A DNA stretch of 64,000 bases from Candidatus Bathyarchaeia archaeon. Lineage in GTDB: Archaea > Thermoproteota > Bathyarchaeia > Bathyarchaeales > Bathycorpusculaceae. The stretch lies in assembly GCA_049516875.1 (NCBI GenBank), contig JBEKSS010000014.1, forward strand, positions 19,743 to 83,742. Reading direction: 5' to 3'. Both the position numbers and the translations under genes were made by a program. Numbering within the stretch: position 1 is the stretch's first letter; every line of letters begins with the position of its first letter. Below, piece after piece: positions 39,610 through 49,988 of this stretch. Below the pieces are notes generated by a model. That model had not been told where the DNA came from and ran no database searches. It saw nothing but the letters and a program-made list of their open reading frames with translations.

Positions 39610-40097
39610 TTAGCGCACGCCCTGCGCGCTAAAAACAGTTGTAGCAGTCAAACCTAACTATGCAACACGGAGACCATCAGCGGCTTCACCAGAATATCCT
39701 CTGCTTTAATGTAAAAGCGTCCCGAAAATGTGAGAAAAAAGGGAGAGTAACCCATCGCTGTTAGCTCTCTATTTAGTTTTCTTTTTACTTCCTTTTTTCT
39801 TCTTTCCGGTCGGACTTTTAGACACGATTGCGACCTCAATCCTACAGCTATCAGCGATTCCTCTATATATAATTTCATATGCACTCAGTGTACTGACACA
39901 TTATCCAAAATCTGCCCAAATACGGTTATTAACAATAAATTAACAATTTTTTGAAGAGAAAATGTTGCTTGGAATTTTCCGGATGCGAGGAGTCAACGCA
40001 CAGTCAGATGGGAATCGAACTGGCCGGTCCGACCTGACAATGTCGTCCAACATTCAAGGGAATTGCTTAGCGTGCTTGCGGAGCGCGCGAGATCAAG

Positions 40098-40323
40098 CGG
40101 CGCGCTGGCCTGTCCCGAAATTGGTGTAAAATGGTTTTTATTCTTCTTTTACCTATTCGCGTCTAATACGGGCTTGTTTGACGTGCAAATCCTTGCCGTG
40201 TTGACGGATGGCAAATCACGGGAGCTCCGGCACATCCTACAGGAAGCATTGTTTTCCCATATCCAAACCCTAAAAAAGGAATAAATACCATTTTTAACCA
40301 TTTTAGGACAAGCCAGCGCGCTA
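40098..40323. mobile_element. MITE of the same TIR family as 28291-28478, carrying a wHTH gene remnant
   Basis: GCGCGCTGGCCTGTCCCGAAATTGG..AAAATGGT.TTTATTC vs reverse complement GCGCGCTGGCTTGTCCTAAAATGG..AAAATGGT.TTTATTC; internal FDVQILAVLTDGKSRE. Confidence 0.72.
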
Positions 40324-40333
40324 GCAAAGATGA

Positions 40334-41305
40334 TTAGTCCGCTAGTTTCAGCTGCCTTTTCAGGGTCTTGTAGCGGTTTCTCACCGTGACCTCAGTGACG
40401 CTTGCTGCTTCGGCTATGTCCTTCTGTGTCTTCTTCTCGTTGTTCTGCAAACAAGCGATATACAATGCTGCAGCAGCCAACCCCATAGGGTCTTTTCCGG
40501 CGGCAGCCCGTTTATTTCTGGCTTCTCGAAGAATCCGTATAGCAATTCCTTGGGTCTTGCCCGAAATTCCTGTTCTTTCAGCGATTTTTGAAACGTACGT
40601 GAGGGGGTCAGCGATGGGCATGTGCATGTCAAGTTCACGCAGCAAAAGGCGGTAGCAACGGGCAACGTCCTTTTTATCGACTAGGCTTGCCTCTGCGATT
40701 TCATGAAGTGCTCTTGGGGTTCCACTTCCACGGCAAGCCGCATAAGCCGCAGCAGCCGTTATGGCTGCGATAGACCTTCCGCGGACTAGGCTCTTATCTA
40801 AGGCTTTACGGTAAATGACCGCAGCCTTCTCTTTGATTGGGCGTGGAATGTAGACCTTGCCTGAGAGGCGGTCAAGCTCAGCCATTGCCTGGGCAAGGTT
40901 TCTGTCGATTGAAGAGTGCACTCTTGAGCGTATCTGCCATTTTCTTAGACGCCACATTTGCAGACGTGTCGAGAGTGGAAGTTTTCTTCCGAAGGCGTCA
41001 CGGTCAACTTGGCTTATGGCCGTTGACAAGCCTTTATCATGGACAGAATAAGACGTTGGCACTCCAACGCGGCTTCTTGACGCTTTCTCTTCCTGGGTGA
41101 AAGCGCGCCATTCCGGTCCTTTATCCATCATTTGCCCGTATAAGACGAGTCTGCAGTCGCCGCAAACAGTCTCACCAGTATCATAATCATGGATAAGGTT
41201 TACACCAGCGCATTCCGGACACTTATCTCGCAACGTTTGCTGAGACCGTGCCACTTTCTTTCTCTTTTCCATCTTTTCTGTCTCTATCATGTGGAGTAGG
41301 GTCAT
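40334..41305 (-). CDS. tfb: Transcription initiation factor IIB
   Basis: CPEC Zn ribbon, GPEWRAF, HDKGLST, cyclin repeats, TEVTVRNRYK. Confidence 0.97.
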   Translation of the reverse strand: MTLLHMIETEKMEKRKKVARSQQTLRDKCPECAGVNLIHDYDTGETVCGDCRLVLYGQMMDKGPEWRAFTQEEKASRSRVGVPTSYSVHDKGLSTAISQVDRDAFGRKLPLSTRLQMWRLRKWQIRSRVHSSIDRNLAQAMAELDRLSGKVYIPRPIKEKAAVIYRKALDKSLVRGRSIAAITAAAAYAACRGSGTPRALHEIAEASLVDKKDVARCYRLLLRELDMHMPIADPLTYVSKIAERTGISGKTQGIAIRILREARNKRAAAGKDPMGLAAAALYIACLQNNEKKTQKDIAEAASVTEVTVRNRYKTLKRQLKLAD

Positions 41306-41792
41306 AACAGATAACCTTCACAAAACGCAATTCGTCATATTACTGATCAGAATTTGAGCGATTTGATCGTTAGTCCGCGCGCGCTTGTACAATTGCAATG
41401 TGTGCTGAATAAACGTTTCGGCATGGTAATTTTTCAGTTAAGGTTTGATACCGTTAAGATAAATTGGACTAAAACCAATGAATACAAGAAGCTACAGTAA
41501 AGATATAACTGGGAAAACTAAAGAAACTGGTGGAGGGCAACTATGTCCAATCAAGCTTCATCTCGGGGGTTCAACTTTTTTAAAGGACTCTTAAGATTCT
41601 AGCTGATTCTTCCGAAGACATAAGGCTTTGACAGATATCGTATTTGTATTTAAGGTCCACTAGCCATGCAGGTTAAGGCGGCATTTCTTTTGGGCGCTGT
41701 GATATCGATCACTAGCGCGCGCTGTAAACTTGTGTTACGGAAAGTTTAAAACTTCTTGAATGACAAGGTATTAGTCGTAGGAGGAAAAGATT

Positions 41793-42413
41793 ATGGAAAC
41801 AGGCAAACTCTACGTTCTGCCGAAGCTGCCCTACGATTACGGAGACTTACAGCCGCACATGTCTAAAGAGCAGTTGACGATACACCACGACAAGCACCAT
41901 CAAGCATACGTCAACGGTGCAAACGCGATACTTCAAAAGCTTGATCAGGCCCGAAAAGAAGGAGCCGACCTGGACGTCAAATCCACCCTGAAGGAACTGT
42001 CCTTCAACATAGGCGGAAACCTTCTCCACTCACTGTTCTGGAACAACCTGGCACCACCGAAGAAAGCAGGCGGAAAACCAGGCGGAGCCCTGGGCGACGC
42101 CATGGACAAAGAGTTCGGAAGCTTCGACAGGTTCAAGAAAGAATTCACACAAGCAGCCGCCAGCGTTGAAGGCTCAGGATGGGCCGCCCTGACCGTCTGC
42201 AAACAGACCAAAAGACCCATAATAATGCAGATAGAAAAACACAACACCAACGTGTACCCAGGCTTCCAAATCCTCATGGTCCTAGACGTCTTCGAACACG
42301 CATACTACATAGACTACAAAAACGACAGAGCCAAATACATAGAAGCATTCTGGAACATCATCAACTGGAACAAACCGAACGAAAGACTCCAAGAATTCCA
42401 AAAACAAACCTAA
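41793..42413 (+). CDS. sod: Fe/Mn superoxide dismutase
   Basis: [32 protein letters not shown]. Confidence 0.96.
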   Translation: METGKLYVLPKLPYDYGDLQPHMSKEQLTIHHDKHHQAYVNGANAILQKLDQARKEGADLDVKSTLKELSFNIGGNLLHSLFWNNLAPPKKAGGKPGGALGDAMDKEFGSFDRFKKEFTQAAASVEGSGWAALTVCKQTKRPIIMQIEKHNTNVYPGFQILMVLDVFEHAYYIDYKNDRAKYIEAFWNIINWNKPNERLQEFQKQT

Positions 42414-42480
42414 AAAACCCCAAACAACCCACACAACCCACACTTTCTCTACACCAAAAAACAAGAAGCCAACATCGATT

Positions 42481-42541
42481 TTTTGAGGCTCAAAGAAATC
42501 ACGGATTGAGTACTCAAACACAAGGACTCAAAACCCAACAT
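42481..42541 (+). repeat. Single unit of the TTGAGTACTCAA repeat family
   Basis: CTCAAAGAAATCACGGATTGAGTACTCAAACACAAGGACTCAAAACCCAACAT. Confidence 0.85.
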
Positions 42542-42664
42542 ACCCAGCACCGCACAAAAGCATAGATAACTGAACCCAACATCGCCGCACAGCCTGTTCT
42601 CCAAAGACTAACACGGCAAAAGGCAGAGAAGAGAACGGATTGAGCCTTCGAACGCTTACACTTC

Positions 42665-43615
42665 TCACTTCACAATCAGAACTGCCTCATTCGCATAGTG
42701 AACAACATGGTCACTCACACTGCCCAACAGAAACCTTCTGACACTGCTGTGACCCTTGTTTCCCATCACTATAACATCGTAGGCCTCTTCATTAGACACA
42801 TCAACAATGACCTTGGCCGCATCGCCTGATTCCAGCGTCTGCTCCACTTTTGCGCCCTTGAAGAGATTTGCAGCGCTTGAAAGTATTCGGTCTCCAATCT
42901 CCTTGCTCAGCTCAGGCCTCATCCTGAACAAGCTTGATTCCTGCACATAAAGCAACGTCACCTTAGCATCAGTTTTCTCGGCGATTATCGCAGCATGTTC
43001 CGCCGCTTTCTGCGATGCTTTCGAACCGTCGACTGCAACCAGAATCTTCGAAATCCGCGTCTTTTCCGCCCCCACCAAGACCGGAATCTTTGCGTGACGC
43101 ACAACCTTCGCGGCTACACTTCCCAAGTGCGGCTTCTCCTCTTCCTCCCCCGCGCTTCGCCCCATAACTATCAAGTCATACTTCTCTTCCTCAGCCTCTT
43201 TAACTATGGCCCCAGCCGGATCAGCATGCTCAAAAAGCTTCCTATCCGCCGAAACGCCCCGCTCCTTGAAAAGGGCCACAGCCTCATCGAGAATCCCCTC
43301 GCCCTCTTCTCGATATGCACTAATGATCTCACCCACAATCTTACTAGGTCGAGAAGTCGAAGGCTGTCTAGGCATCTGCGTCGGAATCGTATAGTCTCCC
43401 CTCGTAATGCCAGCCGCAGGCATATCAGTGTCCCCCCCTCCCGGAAGGAAGTCTCGCATAGCAGGGTTCATCAGTTCATGCGCCACAACGTGAAAAGCCG
43501 TAACCTTCGAACCAAACTTTTTTGCTATCAAGGCCGTCAATTCCTCAGCGGCTAGGGAAGAAGTCGAATCGTCAACAGGAATCAGAATCTTCCCGAAGAA
43601 TTGCTTCTCTTGCAT
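42665..43615 (-). CDS. Tandem-domain universal stress protein
   Basis: Two USP domains (KIL..VD.S, DLIVMG, LGSV). Confidence 0.93.
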   Translation of the reverse strand: MQEKQFFGKILIPVDDSTSSLAAEELTALIAKKFGSKVTAFHVVAHELMNPAMRDFLPGGGDTDMPAAGITRGDYTIPTQMPRQPSTSRPSKIVGEIISAYREEGEGILDEAVALFKERGVSADRKLFEHADPAGAIVKEAEEEKYDLIVMGRSAGEEEEKPHLGSVAAKVVRHAKIPVLVGAEKTRISKILVAVDGSKASQKAAEHAAIIAEKTDAKVTLLYVQESSLFRMRPELSKEIGDRILSSAANLFKGAKVEQTLESGDAAKVIVDVSNEEAYDVIVMGNKGHSSVRRFLLGSVSDHVVHYANEAVLIVK

Positions 43616-43780
43616 GATTTCACCATTTCTGGTCTTACAGTAATTAACTTATTAAGCCTTTTTGAAACCGTCGCAGGTATTCTACGCTTCAAAAACCAAT
43701 ATCTCCAGCCTTTGAATCGAAACCAAATCATTATATTCCCCTTCGATAATACGCTAACCACAAAACGGCTCGTGAAAAGA

Positions 43781-44065
43781 ATGGAAAAAATCCGAGTTTC
43801 CGGCAAAAACAAGAAGCACAAAGTACTCATGTACGCGATAAGCACCTGCGCATGGTGCAAGATGACAAAAAAATTCCTGAAAGACAACGACATCGAATAC
43901 GAGTACGTCGACGTTGACCTCGCAGGCGACGAAGAGCACGAGAAAATCAGACAGGACATCACAACTCGAGGAGCTGAACCCAGCTATCCAACGATGATAG
44001 TCGACGACAAAACCGTCATCACAGGCTTCCGCAAGGACAAGATAAAAGAGGTACTCGAGATTTGA
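43781..44065 (+). CDS. Glutaredoxin-like protein
   Basis: CAWC active site, YPT, ITGF. Confidence 0.88.
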   Translation: MEKIRVSGKNKKHKVLMYAISTCAWCKMTKKFLKDNDIEYEYVDVDLAGDEEHEKIRQDITTRGAEPSYPTMIVDDKTVITGFRKDKIKEVLEI

Positions 44066-44619
44066 TCACGCTGGAAAGGGTTCGCCAAAGAGCCGAAAGC
44101 GACGCAAAAACCTTCGGCTACTACCTGCACCCTGACCCCCAGTTTCTCCAAGACCTCCTCGAAGGGCTAAAAAAGAACGAAGAACGATACGGCTATCCAT
44201 CATGCCCCTGCAGAATTGCCACAGGAAACCTCGAGCTTGACCGGGACATAATCTGTCCCTGCGACTACCGAGACCCAGACGTGGCGGAATACGGATGCTG
44301 CTACTGCGCGCTCTACGTGCGAAAAGATCTGTACGAAGGCAAGACGCCCATAAACCCGATCCCTGAACGCAGGCCTCGGGAAAAGCAAGCCAGAGCCTAC
44401 GGGACAGGCGGAGCAGTCACGGCTGAACCGGCAGTTCAAGAAGCTCGTGAAACGAAAGCAGCCGTTCCCGTGCAACCTGAGGTCAAGAAGAAACTCTGGT
44501 ACTGCAAACAATGCGGTTACGTTACTTTCCGCGAAGATCCACCGTACGTCTGTCCGATTTGCAAAGCAAAAAGAGAGATGTTCGCTGAACTGGAGATAAG
44601 CACAAGGGTGCAGGGATAA
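44062..44619 (+). CDS. Ferredoxin:thioredoxin reductase catalytic subunit fused to a rubredoxin-like domain
   Basis: CPCR, CPC, CYC; C-terminal CKQCGY...CPICKA. Confidence 0.9.
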   Translation: MITLERVRQRAESDAKTFGYYLHPDPQFLQDLLEGLKKNEERYGYPSCPCRIATGNLELDRDIICPCDYRDPDVAEYGCCYCALYVRKDLYEGKTPINPIPERRPREKQARAYGTGGAVTAEPAVQEARETKAAVPVQPEVKKKLWYCKQCGYVTFREDPPYVCPICKAKREMFAELEISTRVQG

Positions 44620-44641
44620 ACCAAGGTCAAAAGGCGAATGT

Positions 44642-44791
44642 TTACTTCGTGACCACTATTTCAATCTTCTTCCAGTCTTTCTTTATATCTCGCAAAGAAG
44701 TCACCGCTCCGGCAATTGTACCGCTCAGGATTTTCTCTACGAACTCGTTCAAGTCCATCTTTTCACCATCAACCAGCAATTTGGCATTCAA
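44642..44791 (-). CDS. Small hypothetical protein (49 aa)
   Basis: GGTGA RBS, TTG start; LLVDGEKMDLNEFVEKILSGTIAGAVTSLRDI. Confidence 0.6.
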   Translation of the reverse strand: MNAKLLVDGEKMDLNEFVEKILSGTIAGAVTSLRDIKKDWKKIEIVVTK

Positions 44792-44865
44792 ACACTATCA
44801 CCCCCAACGTAACAGGTCATCTGGAAAGTAAAAACTTTCTGTAAACTTTTTTAGCAAAAGGACTC

Positions 44866-45546
44866 ATGATGAACATGGTGACGGAAATGAAAAGCAACAC
44901 TGCAGAAACGGACGACAAAGCGAGAGCATCGATGATGATTGAGCTCTTAGAAAAGAAGTATCCGAAAGCAAAGATAGCCTTGAACTATCACAATCCGCTG
45001 GAGCTTCTGGTCGCCACTATTCTTTCGGCTCAATGCACCGACAAGAGAGTAAACATCGTTACTGAAACGTTGTTCAAGAAGTACAGAAGAGCAGAGGACT
45101 ACGCCGACGCGGATTTGACTGAGCTTGAGAAGGACGTAAAATCCACGGGATTCTACAGAAACAAAGCCAAGAACGTTAAGCAGACGGGCCGAATCCTTGT
45201 GGAGAAGTTTAGCTCTCAAGTCCCGAAGACGATGGAGGAGATGCTGGAACTGCCTGGCGTAGCCAGAAAGACCGCAAACGTCGTCCTGCAGAACGCTTAC
45301 GGCATCGTTGAAGGAGTGACCGTGGACACGCACGTGCGCAGAGTGTCTAGAAGACTTGGGTTAACACGGAACGAAGACCCGAACAAGATAGAACGGGACC
45401 TGATGGAAATCATCCCGAAGAACGAGTGGATGAGGATAACCGACCTGCTCATATCTCTGGGCAGAGACGCGTGCGTGGCAAGGAAGCCCAAGTGCGAAAT
45501 ATGTGTGCTGAACAGGATGTGTCCTTCAGCCTTCACTTTTGACTAG
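44866..45546 (+). CDS. nth: Endonuclease III
   Basis: LSAQCTD, LPGVARKTAN HhH, VDTHV, C-x6-C-x2-C-x5-C Fe-S motif. Confidence 0.95.
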   Translation: MMNMVTEMKSNTAETDDKARASMMIELLEKKYPKAKIALNYHNPLELLVATILSAQCTDKRVNIVTETLFKKYRRAEDYADADLTELEKDVKSTGFYRNKAKNVKQTGRILVEKFSSQVPKTMEEMLELPGVARKTANVVLQNAYGIVEGVTVDTHVRRVSRRLGLTRNEDPNKIERDLMEIIPKNEWMRITDLLISLGRDACVARKPKCEICVLNRMCPSAFTFD

Positions 45547-45654
45547 GACATCGAGTTCCCAATCGAACAACGACGGTTTCGACGCTCGATGCAAAATAAA
45601 CGATTTTGGAAAAATATAATTCCCAGTGCATCCACAATGCTGTAAGGGATCAGT

Positions 45655-46611
45655 TTGTCGCAGCAGAACGTCGACGGTCCGAAGATAGTTATCGTGGGCG
45701 CAGGTTTCGTTGGAACAGCCTTCGCCTATTCTCTTCTCATCCGTGGGTTGGCGTCCCAAATCGCCATCATTGACGTCAACAGAGAGAGGGCTGAGGGCGA
45801 GGTCATGGATTTGAACCATGGAATGCCGTTTGCTCAACCGGTCAAAATATGGGCCGGCGACTATGCGGACTGTCAGGACGCCGACATCGTGGTCATCGCC
45901 GTGGACAAGGGGCAGAAGATTGAACAGTCGCGGTTGGACTTGGCTCAGGGAAACTTTGAGGTGCTGAAGCAAATCGTGCCCAGCATTACGAAATACAACG
46001 ACGGCTGCATCTTGCTGGTGGTGACTAATCCTTTGGACGTGATGACTTACGCGGCGTTGAAGCTTTCCGGTTTTCCCAAGAACAGGGTTATTGGTTCAGG
46101 AACGATTCTGGACACGGCTAGGCTTCGGTACCTGTTGGGTGAACGGCTTCAGGTTGACTCCAGAAACGTCCATGCGTACATCATCGGGGAACATGGTGAC
46201 AGCGAAGTGCCGGTGTGGAGCCTCGCAAACGTGGCGGGCATCAGGCTGAAAGACTACTGCCCGCTCTGCAACGTGCCGTACAGTCCAAGCGAGCTTAACG
46301 ACCTGTTCCTGAAGGTGAGAAACGCGGGGTACGAGATCATAAAGCGTAAGGGCAGAACGTTCTATGCGGTCGCGTTGGGAATGACCAAGATTGTGGAGAG
46401 CATAATTCGAAACGAGAACGCCGTTTCAACCGTGTCATGCCTGCTCGAGGACTACTACGGCGTGAGCGACATTTGCTTGAGCGTCCCCGTCATTCTTGAC
46501 CGAAGCGGCGTAAAAGAGGTCATCAGGCTTCCGCTTGATGAAGGAGAGATTGAGAGTTTCCGGAAGTCAGCCGCCATCATACGAAGCGTCGTGAACTCCA
46601 TCGGTCTATGA
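45655..46611 (+). CDS. ldh: L-lactate dehydrogenase
   Basis: GAGFVG, Gln in the substrate-specificity loop (GQK...SRLDL), NPLD, GT.LDTAR, GEHGDS. Confidence 0.88.
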   Translation: MSQQNVDGPKIVIVGAGFVGTAFAYSLLIRGLASQIAIIDVNRERAEGEVMDLNHGMPFAQPVKIWAGDYADCQDADIVVIAVDKGQKIEQSRLDLAQGNFEVLKQIVPSITKYNDGCILLVVTNPLDVMTYAALKLSGFPKNRVIGSGTILDTARLRYLLGERLQVDSRNVHAYIIGEHGDSEVPVWSLANVAGIRLKDYCPLCNVPYSPSELNDLFLKVRNAGYEIIKRKGRTFYAVALGMTKIVESIIRNENAVSTVSCLLEDYYGVSDICLSVPVILDRSGVKEVIRLPLDEGEIESFRKSAAIIRSVVNSIGL

Positions 46612-46827
46612 ATTCCAAGGTTCCAGTCTTCATGTATAGCGCAGCAGGAGACGTCTGAAAACAGTTAACGCGCGCGACGACGTGACGCAAAAAGCGAGAT
46701 GCTCAGTCTTGGTTTTGCCTTGAACACGCAAGGAAGCGCTTGTTATCGGAAAAACCGTGGAATCAATAACGAGCTAAGACCCGCAGCGTCAACTGTGTTG
46801 TAACCTTTTGCTTGAATGTTGAGTTTC

Positions 46828-47075
46828 TCATGTTGGCGTCTGAGGCCTTGTGTTTGAGTACTCAATCCGTGATTTCTTTGAGTGTCAAAACATTGTTGAA
46901 GCATGTTGGTTCGGTGCTTTTTTTACTCAATTCTGCCTGGTTTTTGAGTGTCAGAAGTTTTGGGCATGCTGAGTTTCTCATGTTAGAGTCGGAGGCCTTG
47001 TGTTTGAGTGTTCAATCCGTGATTTAGTCACAAGAGGAGTCAATTTCTAAACTCGATTTAAATAAAGTGCGTGCT
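46828..47075 (-). repeat. Composite ~250-bp element of the TTGAGTACTCAA family
   Basis: Paralogous to 25570-25826. Confidence 0.85.
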
Positions 47076-47151
47076 TTAAATTTAGCGCCGACTATTGTGC
47101 GTATGCCTGTTCCTAAATTCGTTTGCGAGATAGTTTGTGCTTCTGCGTGCG

Positions 47152-47544
47152 CTAGAAATGAAGTGTTGTGTTGAACTTTTCAACTATTTCTGTCAGGCTG
47201 TCCGTTCTTGTGTCTGGACCCGCGAAGATGGGGCTGTCTTTCATCCCCTTGCCTTCAGCTATCTCTTGGTTGCGCTTGCGTTCCTCTTCAACCCAGACGT
47301 CGGGGTAATAGTAGAGATGGAAAGCATCTTTTTCCTCCTTGACTTCCCACCAACGCAGTTTGTCTCTTTCGATTCTGAACTTCACCATCGCCACCTGTTG
47401 CAGGTCCTTCTTTTTATAGCGTTGTCCGTTATCAGCTTTGCACAGAACTGCACAGTAGGACGCTTTCCGCGCTCGTGCATCCCAGAGAGCGATTATGTTG
47501 TTAGATTTTAACCTCCGACCTCTTCCCAGCATTTTTCCACCCAA
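47152..47544 (-). CDS. Hypothetical protein
   Basis: 130-aa ORF with upstream TTAAAG box. Confidence 0.5.
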   Translation of the reverse strand: MGGKMLGRGRRLKSNNIIALWDARARKASYCAVLCKADNGQRYKKKDLQQVAMVKFRIERDKLRWWEVKEEKDAFHLYYYPDVWVEEERKRNQEIAEGKGMKDSPIFAGPDTRTDSLTEIVEKFNTTLHF

Positions 47545-48282
47545 AAAGAATTAGCGGTAGCAAGCTTTAAGCTGTTTGATTCGCTGTTCCCACTTTAGCC
47601 CCATGCGCGCGCGCTCTGCATCGGAGGCATGACTATTCGATTTCTAAGAGTTAGCCCCTTTACTTCCAAGGGATCAAGAAGACCTGCCAATTCTTAACTC
47701 CTCTAGTCGATTTCAAGCTAGTTCACACCTACAAAGGCATACCGCGAAGAAAAAAGGATAGGTCCACGCGCTTATTGGAATTTGAAGCAGGTCCCCAAAG
47801 AAGCCCAAACTCCTCAGAGTATTAGTCCAAACGGGATTTGCTTGAACCTTAGGCCCCACGCTTGGTGGGAACACACAGCATGCGGGTTCTGTAAACTTCT
47901 CGTCGGGTTTGTCTCCGTGTAAACTTTCGTCGGATACCTTGTGCACATTTGAAAATAAATGTTAATACGGCTAAACTTTTGGTGGAAAAGATATTGAGTC
48001 TTAGAGGATTATACTGAGAACCATGACGATTACGCCAACAAACAACAATAATCCGCCAATTCTAATTCTATATGTGACAAATGGACTCTTCCTATTAACC
48101 AGCCCCGTTGCCCTAAATAGAATCAAGCCCATTACGAAAAGCACGAAACCAACAACTGGGAAGAAACCAGTTATCATAAATATTCAAAGCATAAAATCCT
48201 TAGACCCTTATTTAAGATTATTATTTCATTCGAGGGCGCTATGCGCAACTATTTTAAGTCGATAGAATCAGATACGCCGATT

Positions 48283-48843
48283 ATGGCCAAACCGATTCAG
48301 ATTCTGGGTTTCGCTGGAAGCTTGCGGAAGAACTCGTACAACAAAGCACTATTGCGAGCTGCCGCAGAATTAATGCCGAAAGATGCTGTGTTCGAAACCT
48401 TCGACCTTGAAGGAATCCCTCCGTTCAATCAGGACTTGGAGACTCAACCACCTGAGAAAGTCAAGGACTTCAAGGCCAAGGTCAAAGCGGCAGATGCAAT
48501 ACTGATCGCCACACCAGAATACAACTATTCCATCCCAGGCGTACTCAAGAATGCAATCGACTGGGCTTCAAGACCTTACCCGGACAACGCTTTCGACGAT
48601 AAACCTGTGGCTATGATGGGGGCTTCAACAGGGATGTTGGGAACAGCGAGGGCACAGTATCATCTGCGACAATGCTTCGTGTTCCTCAACATGCACACGG
48701 TCAACAAACCAGAGGTCATGGTGAACTATGCGCCAGAAAAGTTCGATGCGGACGGCAGGCTGAAGGACGAGAAGGCCAGAGAGCGGATTGCAGAGCTGAT
48801 TGAAAGCCTGATTGCTCTCACCACGAGAATGACGAAACAGTGA
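48283..48843 (+). CDS. NAD(P)H-dependent FMN reductase (ChrR/SsuE family)
   Basis: GSLRKNSYN, TPEYNYSIPGVLKNAIDW. Confidence 0.93.
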   Translation: MAKPIQILGFAGSLRKNSYNKALLRAAAELMPKDAVFETFDLEGIPPFNQDLETQPPEKVKDFKAKVKAADAILIATPEYNYSIPGVLKNAIDWASRPYPDNAFDDKPVAMMGASTGMLGTARAQYHLRQCFVFLNMHTVNKPEVMVNYAPEKFDADGRLKDEKARERIAELIESLIALTTRMTKQ

Positions 48844-48901
48844 TTCTAATAGACGTATCGAAACGAAGTGTATAAGTCTATATAACTGGAGGGCGCTTAG
48901 T

Positions 48902-49234
48902 ATGTATCAGCTAAACAGGCAGGGAAGGCAGATGACAAACACACAAACAGCGCGCGCTAAGAATGGCGCGGTCTGTGCTGATGTTCTTCACGAACCTCGA
49001 CTTGACACGGTATTGATGGTTGAAAAAGCAGTTTGGGAAGCTGAGGAGTATCCCACGCGAATGCAGCTCTGGAGAAAGCTGCCTAGAAGAGTGCAGTACC
49101 AGACCTTCAAGCGCATAATTAACTACTTGGAGGCTTCTGGAAAGATAGCGTTTGATGGCTCAAAAATAATCTACACTGGCGTGAACAATCCCAAGTTGGA
49201 AGCCCTGATGCGGTCAAGCGTCAAGGTCCGTTAG
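48902..49234 (+). CDS. Small wHTH protein (antitoxin-like)
   Basis: PRLDTVLMVE...LPR.VQYQT...YLEASGKI. Confidence 0.55.
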   Translation: MYQLNRQGRQMTNTQTARAKNGAVCADVLHEPRLDTVLMVEKAVWEAEEYPTRMQLWRKLPRRVQYQTFKRIINYLEASGKIAFDGSKIIYTGVNNPKLEALMRSSVKVR

Positions 49235-49504
49235 TCAAGTAGTTTTGTACCCAAAGATCCTGTCATACTCAGAGTGCGGCATTACGTCAAACACAACAGG
49301 GCATCGGTTCACGATAGTGTAGCATGAACGATATCCTTCAGGATGATCATAGCGGTAGAGGTTGTTCACTCCATACTTTTCAATGTAACGTTTAGGAATC
49401 TGGCTTTTCCTTATCTGTTCACCAGCAAATTTGTTTTCCTTGAGGACTTCTTTCATGTCGCTCATCCACTTCGCACGTTTATCCTTTGCGTTGAGCTGCC
49501 TCAA
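49235..49504 (-). CDS. RelE-like toxin-fold protein
   Basis: G..I....IP.......NL..Y.....YR..YTI...H.EY..IFGY. Confidence 0.55.
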   Translation of the reverse strand: MRQLNAKDKRAKWMSDMKEVLKENKFAGEQIRKSQIPKRYIEKYGVNNLYRYDHPEGYRSCYTIVNRCPVVFDVMPHSEYDRIFGYKTT

Positions 49505-49988
49505 GAAATCCTCAAGCTCTTTCGAGAAATAGACAGCTTGGGAAGGTTCCCGCTTATTGGCTGAGAACTAAGGCACCCTTGTATATTTAACCTTCAGTCA
49601 AACAACTACGCATTCAATAAATCCATGGACTTCAACATTATGCCCCGTTTCATGACATTAGAGACACTCGTTACAAATGAAGCGTACGAGTGGAAGCAGT
49701 ATCATAGGCGTCGTAGTTCATTAGCCAGCTTTTTTGCTTACATGCTCATATATCCTTTCCATCTCCTCTTCAACCAGTCTCTCTTGTTCAGTCTCAATCT
49801 TTGGAGAAATGTCTGGGACGAAAGGGTAATAATCACGCTTGACATCCGCTCACGGAATAGCGCGCGTTTTTTCACTAATTATCAGCAAGCGTGTGTGCGT
49901 TAGAGTTTCGCGCGCGCTGTGACTGCAGAACCGCAACAACATATCGTTAATATACTCGACGTAACTTTTCAGATGTGGACGTGAATCT

